Shown here: positions 51,334 to 63,895 of the stretch, piece by piece
Numbering within the stretch: position 1 is the stretch's first letter
Layout: every line of letters begins with the position of its first letter
Assembly: GCA_965112735.1 (NCBI GenBank)
Contig: OZ218964.1
Span: 1,178,001 to 1,242,000 of the forward strand
Reading direction: 5' to 3'
Source: Phaeosaccion multiseriatum
Lineage: Eukaryota > Protista > Ochrophyta, other classes
DNA length: 64,000 bases
Notes under the pieces: model-generated
Told to the model about the DNA's origin: nothing
The model's input: the letters and a program-made list of their open reading frames with translations, nothing else
Databases searched by the model: none
Translations under genes and position numbers: made by a program

Positions 51334-53328
51334 TGCACACACACATGCACACATACATGCACACAACACGCAACGCACAGGCTTTTGATGGTGAGCAGAC
51401 CTACCGGCCGCCGGCAGACGGGCGCTCCAATAGCGGCGGCATCATCAGGAGCAGCAGCAGCAGCAGCAACTTGGGCTCCTCCGGCAACAACCAAAACAAG
51501 AATCGCCCGCAGGCACTGCCCGCAGTAGACTTGTCGGCTTTGCCTCCCTTCCTGCAACAGACGGGGCCCGCCATTGGCACTTTTTATAGGAACCACAAGA
51601 TGGATGCCATGGGGAGGAAGCCAGGCGAAAGGGAGGCAGAGGAGGCGGCGGTAGCAGCCGCAGGAGGGGGAGGATGGCGAGGAGGGAGGTGGGTGGGTGG
51701 GAGGTGGGGAGGAGGAGGAGCGGGGTCTACCCCCGGAAGCAGTCGAAGTGGAAGCTTCCATTCCAATGGAGGCAGGAATGTGGCCAAGACGGGCGAGGAT
51801 GGCAATGCCATAGCGGCAGCAGTCCAGGAAGCGGCGGCTGCGACAGTTGGTGATCCAGCAGTTGGTGATCCAGCAGCGGCGGTGGCTGGAGGGGAAGCAA
51901 GCGGTGGGGCGGGAGGAGGCGGGGGAGGAGCAACTAGGCCCCCTGCATTGGCACTGGAGAAGGTGTCTTCGGGGGGGGCGTCCCTGTCGGGGATGATGAA
52001 GAGAAGCCCCATCAACACTCTCGTCAATGGAGGGAAAGCGGGCATTGCGAGGTGTTTCAACGAGGTGAGTGAGTGAGTGAGTGAGTGAGTGGTTGGGTAG
52101 ATGAGGGAGGAAGGGAGTGGATGGGTGAGTGAGGGTGTGGGGGGGTGAGGGAGTGAGTGAGTGGGTGGGTGGGTGGGAGTGAGTGCGTGAGTGAGTGGGT
52201 GAGTGACTGGGTTGAGTGAGTGAGGGAGTGATGGGATGGGGGTGGGAGGGAGGGAGGGAGGGAGGGAGGGAGTGAGTGAGTGGGTGAGTGAGTGGGTGAG
52301 TGAGTTAGTGAATGAGTAGATGAATGGACGAGGGAAGGAGTGGGTGAGTGGTTGAGTGAGTGGATGAGTGAGTTTGTGAGCGAGTGCGTCAGTGAGCGAG
52401 TGAGTGAGTGGGTGAGTGAGTGAGTGCGTGAGGGAGTGAGTGAGTGGATCCACGTGGCCAAACCAAAGTCGAACCCACTTGGGAGGGTCAAAGTAATTGA
52501 CAACTCCCGCAATCTTATGGGAGTATGGATGACTCCCCTCTCCTCTCCCTCCCCCCCTCGTCTCTCTAACCCCCGCCGCTTTGCTTCACCGTGCTGTCCT
52601 GGCCTGCCCTCTACTGGGCCTGTCTGCCTGTCCTCTACTGGGCCTGTCTGTGTGTCTGTCTGCCTGTCCTCTACTGGGCCTGTCTGTCTGTCTGTCTGCC
52701 TGTCTGTCTGTCTGTCTGTCTGCCTGTCTGTCTGCCTGTCTGTCTGCCTGTCTGTCTGCCTACCTGCCTGCCCCCCTCCTGCTCATACATACATACGTAC
52801 GTACGTACGCACACACGTCACACGTACACATCTCTCTCTCCTAATGACAAATCAAAAGGTTCCCAGCAAGTTCTTTAGTAAGGACTTTTCTTTGGAGAGT
52901 CCCGAAGTGTTCGAGGAGCTGGTGGACAATGGGGGAGGACCGGAGAAGCAAGAGGCCCTCACTGCTCACCTTGACCTTATCGAAGTCTGCCTGCTCAATC
53001 AGATCTCGGCCAGGTACGTCTGTCTCTGTCTGTCCATCTGTCTGTGTATCTATTTTGTCTTTCTGGACATCAACAGGCTGCCCCCAGAGAAGCTGACGAG
53101 AGTGAGTGGTGCAGTGAAGATCATCGGGAGCGGATCCCTCTAAACGCCGATAAGGACGAGGAGGCCTGTCTATCCGTCTGTCTGTCTGTCTATCCGTCTG
53201 TCTGTCTGTCTGTCTATCTGTGTGTCTGTCTCTCTGTCCATCTGTCTGTCTACCTGCCTGTCTGTTAATCTCTCTTTCTGGCTGTCTGTCGGTCTGTCTG
53301 TCAATCTGTCTGTCTGTCTGTCTGTCTC

Positions 53329-53366
<38 letters not shown>

Positions 53367-53416
53367 AATCTGTCTGTCTGTCTGTCTGTCTGGCTGTCTG
53401 TCGGTCTGTCTGTCAA

Positions 53417-53473
<57 letters not shown>

Positions 53474-55365
53474 TTACCTGTCCATCTGTCTATGTACCTC
53501 TCTCTCACTCGTTTTGCGTGCGTGTGTGTGTGTGTGCGTCCCTCCCGCAGGTCCGACGCCTTCTTCGAGGGGATGACGACGACGCACGTGCTGAAGCACC
53601 ATGTGGGAGGCGCGTGCCACAAAGTGCTCAAGCTGAGGAAGGCCATGCACCTCATGGAGAAGGACCTGGAGTACAAGGTCGGTCAGCTCTATTTTATCTC
53701 TTGTCTTTTTTTTCTTTTTTTTTATGTCTCTCTCTCTCTCCATAATCCCTGTCTCTTCTCTCTGTATCTGTCCACTGTTATATCTCTCTCTCTCTGTCGC
53801 CTCTCTCTGTGTCACCCTCTTTCGTCTCTCTCCCGTCTCGCCCCGAACTAACCCCTCCTCCCTTGCCCCTCTCACTCGCCCCGTGCTTGACTACTAAACT
53901 CTCTCCTCCCTTACCCCTTTCACCTCCTGCCATCTCTCTCTCCACCTCAACACACCCTCCTCTCACCCACCTCTCTCTCTACCTCCACCCCTCCCCCCTT
54001 CCCCCTCCCCTTGGCGCCTTGCTCATGTCTACTCCTCCTCCCCCTCCTCTCTCTCTCTTTCTCTCTCTCTCCCCCTCTCTCTCTTAAGGTAATGCGCGTG
54101 CCTCGCCTGGCCGCTCGTCAGCAAAACCACGTGGCGTTGCATGAGCAGCTGGAGCTGATGCAGCAAGTGCAGGGCAGCAAAGGTGCCATACAGGCGCTGC
54201 TCTCTGCTGAGGACTTCTCGGTAAGAGTGACTGAGGCATGCGTGAGGGGGAGGAGGGGGAGGAGGGGGAGGAGGGGGGGGGGAGGGGGGGGGCTCCCTTC
54301 TGCACCGTCAAGAGATGCGTTCTTCTGTCCTCCTTCTTATCCTCCTTTCTTCCTGTCCTGCCCGATCTATCCACTGACCATCTCTTGTCCTTCCTTCCTT
54401 CCTTCCTTCCTTCCTTCCTTCGTCTGTCCACTCATCGCAACCCCCTGTCCATCTGTCAGGGCGCGCTGGACATTATCGCCGTGGCGAAGAAGACATTATC
54501 CGGGAGGATAGGAGAGCTCCAATGCCTGAAGCATGTGGGGAGACAGCTCAGGGAGTATGAGGACCTGCTGGCTGATCTTTTGGGGGGCAAGTTCGTCAAC
54601 CTTGCTACTTCCATCCTTCCTTCGAGTGGGGAGGAGGAGGGGGGCACTGGTGGTGGTGGTGATGGTGATGGCGATGACGGTGGCGACGACTACAGCACAC
54701 GCGGGCACGGGAGTTGGAGGAAAGGAGGAGGAAGTGGAGGGGAGGGGGCGGGGGAAAGGGCAAAGCGAGGGAGAGGGGCGGGGCCGGGGGCCGGGCACAA
54801 GCAGCGGAGAGACAAAGACAAAGACGAGAGCAGTTTCGGCAGTTTCGGCGCTTTGGACGGGTACAGAGACGAACTCTCAGAGGCCTTGCAGGGTTTGGTG
54901 CGGATGGATCGCGTGCCGCTCGTGCTCGACGGTTACAAGCACAGGCTGGAAGAGGACCTACGCACCATCATTCGGACAATCGTTGGAGACTTCTTGTCCA
55001 CGACCGACGAGACGGGCGAGCTTTTGGACTTTTTTGGCGATGCCTCGTCGTCGTCTTCTTCCAAGGCAGGAGGGGGGGGAGGAGAAGGGGGCAGCGGGGG
55101 AGGAGGAGGAGGAGGAGATGGGGGAGGGGGGGTGTCGAAGCTCAAGACATTAGACCACGCGGCCTTCTTTAGCTGCTTGGAGATGTGCTTTGAGCACATG
55201 GTGGCGACTCTGAGGCGGGCCGCGCAGACGCACCGCTGCTTGGTGCACATCTTACTGGGTGATGACCATTCGAAGGAGGAGGAGAGGGAGGAGGAGGGGG
55301 GGGAGGAGGGGGGGGAGGAGGGGCAACACGTGAAGAGAGGAGAGGGCGGTAGCAGCAGTAGTGGT

Positions 55366-55401
<36 letters not shown>

Positions 55402-55681
55402 GGTGTCGACGCTCAGCCGCCGAATGGTGCAAATGGTCATGGAGAGACAGCCACGTCAGGAGCCACGTCAGGAGATGAAGAAGAGGGGGGCAGGGGCAGT
55501 CTCCGTAACAAGGGAATGGCAGAGTCCATCGGGCGAGAGAAGGTGAGGGGAGGAGGGGTGAATGGAGGGGTGAATTGGTGGGGCAAGGGAGGGGGAGGGG
55601 AAGGGGGGGGGGGGGGGGTGGATCGGGGTGCACATTACATTTAGCATGGGAACAGGTAGGCCGCTCCCTCTATTCCACCTG

Positions 55682-55724
<43 letters not shown>

Positions 55725-58700
55725 CCCACACACACATACTCACATAGCATGCACACGCACACTCATTCACTCACGCACACACACACTCGCGCACACACAC
55801 ACTCACGCACACACACACACGCGCAGGCCGAGGAGATGAGCAAGCAGAGTGCGGAGTGCCTCGGCGCGGTGAGCGAACTCGTGGAGAAGAGTGTCTCCCA
55901 ACTGCTCGTAGTGCGTAGGGAGTACCACGCTAGACGGCTGGACGTTTCAGAAATTAAGGCGCTCTGGGATGCCACCACAAGCTTCCTGGAGGAGGTAGAG
56001 AGGTTGGGAGGGAAGAAGGGCTTCAAGCTAAGAACCACGCTACTCAATCAGGCCAAGGCGTTTGTAGATAACCGTAAGTGTCCTTGTGTTGTTTATTGTG
56101 AAGGAGGAAGGAAGGGAGTGAATGACTGAGGGGTGAGTGAGTGAGTGAGTGCTTTGCTTGTGTCGGATGGAGTTGCTAATCCTTCCCTTCCGTTCTGACT
56201 CCATCGCGTATCTGTCCGCACCACCATGCACCATTGACGTACGTACGTATCACCTCCTCCACCTTCTCCCACCCCCCTCCTCCTCCTGCGCTCCCTCCCC
56301 CCCCCCCCCCCCCCCTCCTCCTCCTCCTCCTCCTCCTCCTCCTCCTCCTCCTCCTCCTCCTCCTCCTCCTATCTCCTCCTCCCCCTCCTCCTCCTTCTCC
56401 TCCTCGTCCTCCTCCTCCTTCTCCTCCTCGTCCTCCTCTTCCCCCCCCCCCCCCTCCTCCTCCTCCCCCTCCTCCTCCTCCTCCTCCTCCTCGCAGGCCA
56501 CGAAGGCAATAAGAATGCCCTTGTCGCACGACTCGACGCCGAGAAATGGTCTCAAGTGGACGTCTCTGCGGAGCGGCAGGCAGCCATCAGCAGGCTGGCG
56601 AGCGGGAGGCTTCTCAGCAGCAAGGGGGGGGGAGCGGGGGGGTGGGGGGGGGACAGTGGTGCCTCGGCTGAGGGGGGGACAGGGGGGCGGAGTAGCAGCG
56701 GTAGCAGTAATGGGGGAGGAGGAGGAGGAGGAGGAGGGGGGGGGCGGGGGCGGGGGGTCGGTTTCCAAGAAGGGTGGCAAGGAGAGAGGGGGGTCGCCGC
56801 AGAGAGAGAGGAAGAAGGAGGCCGTGGTCAACTCCAAGAGCTGTAGAGTGGTGTGGTCGGCACTGGTCATGGTTGAGCAGGTGAGTGCGCAGCGGGGAGG
56901 GTGGGAGGGAGGGAGGGAGGGAGGGAAGGAAGGGCGAGAAGGGAGGGAAGGGGGAGGGAGGGAGGGAGGGAGGGGAGGGGAGGGGGGAAGGAGAGAGGGA
57001 GGGAGGGGGTATTTGGGAGGATGTATGCCTTGCTGGCTGACTCGGACGTGCAGCAAGCAAGCAGCCGCAATGGAGACTGAACCTTTTGTCGATGTGCTTC
57101 CCCCTCCCTACACAAGGTGATGGATTGCTTACTCCTCGCGCAATACTTCCCCGCGGTGAGCACCGACGTCCTCGCCCGCGTGTCGGAGTTGCTCCGCCTC
57201 TTCAACAGCAGAACCACTCAGCTCGTGTTAGGCGCAGGCGCGATCCACTCCACCGCAAGGCTAAAGAGCATATCTGCCAAGCACCTTGCCCTGTGTAGTC
57301 AGAGCGTGGCCCTCATCCAGGTAGGTAGGGGTGTTGGTGGTCATGTTGGTTGCTCATCACAGATGGCTCACAGAATCGGTTACAGATGCGTTATGGAATG
57401 CCCGTAGAGTGTCGAGAGTCAAGGAGTTGGGAAAGTTCCCAGGAAAGTTCCCAGCCCCCTTCTCTTGCGTTCCTATGACGTTCTCCTACGTTCGACAAAT
57501 GAACGAACCTGACGTGTTTTTTGTGTGTGTGTGTCTCTGTGTATGTGTGCGCATGTGTACGACCAACGTGACAGGCGTTGATGCCCCACATCCGCGCCGC
57601 TCTGGTGACTCAGCTGCCCCCCAAGCACCACACACTCCTTGTGGAGATGGACCGGGTGGCACAGGACTTTCAGGAGCATCATGACAAGATTATGGGCAAG
57701 TTCGTCACCATCATCGAGGTTAGTGGGGGAGGCGGGGGGGAGAGAGGGAGAAAGAGGGAGAGAGAGAGACCGAGAGAGAGAGGGAGGGAGGGATAGAGAG
57801 AGAGGGAGAGAGAGAAGGGGGGGGGGGGGGGGTAGGTTCGTTACCCTCGTCCAATGGGTAGAGAGAAGAGAAAAGAGGTTTGGGTCAATGTTAGAGAGAG
57901 TAATGTGTCACCATCATCGAATGGGTGGAGAGGGAGAGGGGAGGGAGAGAGAGAGGGCGAGAGAGGGACAGAGAAACAGCATTTTGGTCAGCCTCTCTCT
58001 CTCTGCTCGTCTTCTCCTTCCCCCTCTCGGTACCTCTCACACCTTCGTGATCTTCCATCCCCGTCCCCCCTTCCTTCTTTCCTTCCCTCCCACCCTCTTC
58101 CTTCCTCCCTCCCTCCCTTCACGCTCGTTGCTCGAAATCAACCACAAATGGCAAATCACGAATCACCATATTGCGCAGGAGCTCGTGGAAGGAGCAAGCA
58201 GCTCGATATCTTCAGAGGATTGGGAGAGGAAGGGGAGGGACCAATGCGCCTTCATCAGCGACGTTGTGAGGGGTGTCACAGCGATGCATAAGGTGTTGCA
58301 GCAGCAGCTGCCTCCAGAGCAATTGCAGGTCAGTTGGTCTGTCAGTCGGTCAGGCAGTGAGTCAGGCAGGCAGGGAGGCAGTCAGTCAGTCAGTCAGTCT
58401 TTCAGTCAGTCTTTCAGTCAGCCTGTCAGTCTTTCAGTCAGTCAGTCAGTGTGTCAGTCAGTCAGTCAGTCAGTCAGTCAGTCTTTCAGTCAGTCAGTCT
58501 GTCTGTCAGTCAGTCAGTCTGTCTGTCAGTCAGTCAGTCAGTCAGTCAGTCAGTCTTTCAGTCAGCCTGTCATTCAGTCAGTCAGTGTGTCTGTCAGTCT
58601 GTCAGTCAGTCAGTCAGTCTGTCTGTCAGTCAGTCAGTCAGTCAGTCAGTCAGTCTTTCAGTCAGCCTGTTATTCAGTCAGTCTGTCTGTCAGTCAGTCA

Positions 58701-58752
58701 GTCAGTCAGTCAGTCAGTCTTTCAGTCAGCCTGTCATTCAGTCAGTCAGTGT

Positions 58753-58788
<36 letters not shown>

Positions 58789-59144
58789 AGTGTGGTATAC
58801 TCCTCACCCCTCCCCCCACCCCCTCGCCCACCCGCCTTGCCCCGTTTCCCCCCATATCCTCCTCGCAGCACGTATTTAGTCGCATCTTCACCCTCTTAAG
58901 CCGCCGCGTGCCCGAGCTCTTCAATCAAGGAGCGGAGGAAGGGGCTGGCTCCTCTACCTCCTCCTCCTCCTCCTCCTCCTCCTCCTCCTCCTCCTCCTCC
59001 TTGTCGAAGTCAATGTTCTCCAAGTCCGGTTCCGGCCGGGACCGCTTGCTCGATGAGATCGGCTTCATGGTGAATGCTTTAAGGACGCTGAGGGGCATCG
59101 ACGCCTCTAACCTCACCTTGTTGGAAGCCTTTGAGGAGAGATGA
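49850..59144 (+). CDS. VPS54: GARP complex subunit VPS54; exons 49850-50650, 51381-52064, 52859-53013, 53551-53677, 54089-54220, 54460-55542, 55827-56073, 56497-56880, 57117-57320, 57575-57718, 58179-58328, 58869-59144
   Basis: VPS54 motifs [83 protein letters not shown]...[15 protein letters not shown]; consistent GT-AG junctions. One apparent frameshift in exon 8; start codon uncertain. Confidence 0.92.
52065..52446. repeat. (GTGA)n/(GGGA)n compound microsatellite at the 5' end of a VPS54 intron
   Basis: Directly visible; begins at the donor site. Confidence 0.9.
53165..53490. repeat. (TCTG)n microsatellite in a VPS54 intron (similar tract at ~52620-52770)
   Basis: Directly visible. Confidence 0.9.
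58329..58788. repeat. (CAGT)n microsatellite filling the last VPS54 intron; reverse complement of the (GACT)n unit
   Basis: Directly visible; begins at the GTCAGT donor. Confidence 0.9.
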
Positions 59145-59230
59145 AGGGACTGAGCTTGTTGGAAGCCTTTGAGGAGAGATGAAGGGACTGAGCTTGTTGG
59201 AAGCCTTTGAGGAGAGATGAAGGGACTGAG
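59117..59230 (+). repeat. Three perfect tandem copies of a 38-bp unit spanning the VPS54 stop codon
   Basis: CTTGTTGGAAGCCTTTGAGGAGAGATGAAGGGACTGAG at 59117, 59155 and 59193. Confidence 0.95.
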
Positions 59231-59818
59231 GGACTGAGGGAGGGACTGAGGAGAGGCTTCTTGGTTCGTTCTTCGTTGTTCGTTCTCGTGCTGCGGGTGC
59301 GGGTGTACGGGTCTCAAGCGTGCTTGAGCGTGCCTGGGTCCGACGTGTTGTGTGGGCCCTCCACGCTATCCGATCTTTCTGTCCCCAGCAGCGGCAGAGG
59401 AGCAGCAGCTCTCGGTAAGGAGGAGTGGAATGCGTGCAAGCTCAGCTCAGATCGACCAACCAACCGACCGACCAACCAAACAATCAACCAACCAACCGAC
59501 CAACCAACCAACCAACCGACCAACCAACCAACCAACCGACCAAACAACCAACATGTCAAGAGGCGGCGCAAGGTGTTGACACACTTGTGCAAATGTACAC
59601 ACAGCACTTGGGATGCCGGTCTCGCTCCATTCCAATTAGTGTTGTCGACGAGTTTTAATGTAAGACGTACCAAACCGTGAGTCGGCCCTTCGGCACCTAT
59701 GTACAATCCTCATTTTCCCTCCTCTGCAGAAGGCATGCCTGCCCTGCTTCTCCTGCTCGGCCCCACTCCCGTCCCTTCCCGTCCCTTCCCTGCCCTTCCT
59801 TGCCCTTCCCTGCTTCTC

Positions 59819-60499
59819 CTACTCGAAGTCGCTATCGCTATCGCTGTCCCTGCCCCCGCTGCCGCTGCTGGGCTCGCCGGCATCGCTGGACGCTGCCGAT
59901 GGCGGTGGGAGGCCGCTCGTCTGTCTCCTCCTCGACCCCTGCCCCTCCCCCACCTTCGCTTTCTTTCCTCTCTTTTCCTCCTGGGTATTGTCGTCCTCGT
60001 CATCCTCGTCCTCCCCCTCCCTCGCCTTCCCCTTTTCCCTCCTGTTCTCCTCCTGCGTCTTCTCGTCGTCGTCGTCGTCCTCGTCCTCCTCCTCCTCCCC
60101 CTCCTCCTCCTCCCCGTCCTCCTCGTTGTACCGCCGCTTCACTGTTGACCTATACATTCTCTTTTCTTCCCGTGTAAAATCGTCCTCCTCCTCACCACTG
60201 CTGCTCACTAAATCGACGGTTTCGACGGTTTCGCCCCTGCATCCTCCTCCTCCTGCTGCTGCTCCTCCTCCCTTGCCTTCGCCCTTCCTTCCTTCTCCAT
60301 CTTCCGGCTTCACCCTCTTGCGCCCTAGGCCTCGGCCTCGAGCCTCCTCCACCTCCTCCTCCTGCTGCTGCTGCTGCTGCTCGTCTTCAGTCTTTTCGTC
60401 ATCGTCATCTATAATCATCTCCACTTCATGCCCCACCCCCCCACCGCCAGCACCCTTCTCTTCCCCCCTCTTCGCCTTGCCTCTCCCTCTCCCTCTCCC

Positions 60500-60544
<45 letters not shown>

Positions 60545-61685
60545 CGCTCCTCCTGTTCCTCCTCGTGCTGCTATTTTCTTGCCGTTACTGCTGCTGCTAG
60601 TGCTGCTGCTGCTGCTGGCGGTGGTGTTGGTGGTGGGGGTGGTGTGTTTCTTCTTTCCCTGCGCTTGCTGCTGCTGCTGCTGCTGTATCACCAACTGCTG
60701 AGGCCTGCGAGACACCTTGACCTTGAGATGCCCGCTCTCCACGGCATTGGCCAGGGCCCCAGTGATAACGTAGTGATTGATGCTGTAAGCCGTGTACTTG
60801 AAGAGGTCCCCGAGGATGTCTTGACACAGCAAGTGGTTCACGAAAGCCTCGCTCTGCTCTCGGCTCAACTCCGTTGGTCGGCTGAGCACCCCAGGCAACT
60901 ACAGCCGGGGGGGAGGAGGGGGGGAGACGTAGAGAGAGATAGAGAGAGGGAGAGAAGTGACACAGACAGAGAGAGAGGGAGAGGGAGAGGGAGACACAGA
61001 GAGAGAGGGAGAGAGACAGGCAGACAGACAGAGAGGGAGAGAGAGACACACACACAGAGAGAGAGAGAGCAAGACGGAGAGAGAGTGGGGACGGAAACGA
61101 CCGACATGAGTGAGTGAGTGAGAAAGATGCTCATGACGAGGAAGAGATAGGGAATGGCAATGGCAATGGCAATGGCACTGGCTGGGAGAAGAAGGGGGCG
61201 GGGGGGGGGAGGGGAAGGGCTCAAAATCCTTGAGGCTCCTTCCCATCACTTCATCCCTCACCCCACCCCCTCCAGCAGGAAGTGACTAAACTGACAGACA
61301 CGCAGTCACCCACCTGCTTCTTCTGCCTCCAGTAGTCAGTGAGCTGCTTGCACGTAACACTGTCCCCCTTGGCATTGACATGCCTGAGCACGGCAATGAG
61401 AGACAGCGCATGACGCGTCATATCCACCTCAACAAGCTGAAACTGTGGCTGCCCCCCCTCGCCCCCCCCACCCCCAGCAGAAGCAGCGCAGTTGTCGCAG
61501 GTACCCTCACAGGCGCCTCGGTCGAAGGGCTCCCCGAGAGCGTCTGCCAAGAGCTTTCGTCTAGAGGGAGGGCGGGGGGGGGGCGGGCGTTTGTCATCGT
61601 CATCATCATCACCACCACCATCATCATCATCATCATCATCATCATCGTCACCACCATCATCATCCTACTCCTCATCCTCCTCCTC

Positions 61686-61717
<32 letters not shown>

Positions 61718-61817
61718 CATGATCACCATCATCATCATGATCATCATCATCATCACCATCATGATCACCATCGTGATTACCATCATGATCACCATCATCA
61801 TCGTCATCATCACCATC

Positions 61818-61879
<62 letters not shown>

Positions 61880-61941
61880 GATTACCATCATCATCACCAT
61901 CATCATCACCATCATCATCATCATCATCATCATCACCATCG

Positions 61942-62023
<82 letters not shown>

Positions 62024-62057
62024 CATCACCATCATCATCATCACCATCACCATCATC

Positions 62058-62115
<58 letters not shown>

Positions 62116-63759
62116 CCATCATCACCATCATCACTCTCTACCTGCACGTCCCGGGGTCTTGTGCGTAACTCATCATCTTGCGAAGACAAGCCACCCCGTT
62201 CTTACTCTCGTGGGACTGACCCGCGAGGGCAGAAGCGTCGCCAGCCTGTGCATGTGTGTGGGGGTGTGGTGCACACGTCGTTCGGAGGAGAGAAGAACGG
62301 GCAGTTGGTGGTACAGCAGTACACGTTGGTGGTACAGCAGCAGTGAGGAGGTGAGCAGCAGAAACCTATGACTCAAGACTCCCTCATACATACTTCACAC
62401 CCATCTGTCTCTCTGTCTCTCTTTCTCTCTCTCTTCCTCTTCTTCATCTCTCTCCCTCTCTCTCTCTCCCTGTCTCTCTCAATCTCTCTCTCTCTCCCTC
62501 TCTCTCTCTCCCTCTCTCTCTCTCTCCCTCTTTCTCTCATTCGCTCCCTCACCCGATAGAAGAGCACGCAATCGGCCTTCTTCCCGTCCCTGCCTGCCCT
62601 GCCGCTCTCCTCTGATGGGGGACATGGAACGAGGGTGAATATACCAACACAAGAAACAGACATATTGAAGAGGAAGGGAAGGGAAGGGAAGGGAAGGGAA
62701 GGGAAGGGAGAGGCAAGAGGAGGAAGAGAGGAAGAATATTGTAGAGTACAAGGTCAGCACAAGTTCCCTCTCTCGTCTCTCATCTCTCACCTCGTCACTA
62801 CCTCACTGCCTCACTGCCCCACTACCTCATTGCCTCACTACCTCACTACCTCACTACCTCACTACAATACGACCTCACTAACTCACTATCTCACTGCCTC
62901 ACTACCTCGCGGCCTCACTACCTCACTACCTTCCCTTCTCACTCACGATAGTAGCCCTCCACGCTCTTGCTCAACGAATAGTGCACCACGTAGCGCACGT
63001 CGAGCTTGTTGATGCCCATCCTGTACATTCACAGTCACAGTTGGCACAGTCACAGTTGGCACAGTCACAGAGTCAGCTTCTTGTTGCCCGTCCTCAGGCC
63101 CTGTGCATTCGCAGTCACAGTTGGCAAAGGCACAATCAACGTCCACACGCTTCCTTGCTACGCCCCTTCGCCACCTTGCCCCCTGCCCCCCTCACCCTTC
63201 CCAAGCTAAGCTCACCACCCCCTTGCAAGACAAAAGAGCTGTCTAGCCAGAGCATAGGCAGGCAGGGTATGGGGCAAGTGTAGGGTATGGGGCAAGTATA
63301 GGGTATAGAAAGGGCCGAGGAGGCATAGGGTATGTATGTAACACATACCCGAAGGCAATGGTTGCCACGCACACTTGGATCAGGCAGGGTATGGGGCAAG
63401 TATAGGGTATGGGGCAAGTATAGGGTATAGAAAGGGCCGGCGAGGCATAGGGTATGTATGTGACACGTACCCGAAGGCAATGGTTGCCACGCACACTTGG
63501 ATCAAATCCCTCTGCCACGCCCTCTGCACGCGTGCCCTCCCTTGGTCGTCTGAAGAAGAATTGTGAACATAAAAAGTTAGTGATTGACGAAGCTCCTTGT
63601 GAATACCTTCTCTCCCAGGCCGGCGGGATGGCACCAGTAGCACCCCGCCCCTCTCTCCTTCCTTCTCTCCCTCTCTCCATCTCCTTCCCTGCCCACCTGC
63701 TTGCCTGCCTGCCTGCTTGCCTGCCCGCCTGCTTGCCTGCTTGCCTGCCTGCCTGCTTG

Positions 63760-63823
<64 letters not shown>

Positions 63824-63863
63824 CATGCCTGCCTGCCTGCCTGCCTGCCTGCTTGCCTGCTTG

Positions 63864-63895
<32 letters not shown>

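Larger units (their letters stand above)
1896..62340. repeat. Dispersed short motif CAGCAGTTGGTGATACAGCAG (either orientation), ~25-30 copies including variants
   Basis: Exact 15-mer TGTATCACCAACTGC or its reverse complement at about 1896, 8981, 10668, 11888, 17782, 19485, 23052, 38121 and 60684. Near matches at about 5304, 6093, 7394, 8941, 15832, 16953, 17657, 20507, 21097, 21350, 23829, 24574, 30812, 35953, 36985, 38152, 51844, 51859, 62301 and 62325. Confidence 0.92.

Noticed and set aside
59117-59230. 38-bp repeats as a CRISPR array
   Set aside because: No spacers, eukaryotic context and no cas genes.
61380-62189. Poly-Ile, poly-Met and poly-Asp ORFs
   Set aside because: They come from a (CAT)n tract inside a RECQL intron bounded by in-frame exons.
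1896-62340. Dispersed motif as CRISPR repeats or as a by-product of IPT domain duplication
   Set aside because: Spacing is irregular at kb scale, both orientations occur, and copies lie in unrelated genes, different frames and non-equivalent domain positions.
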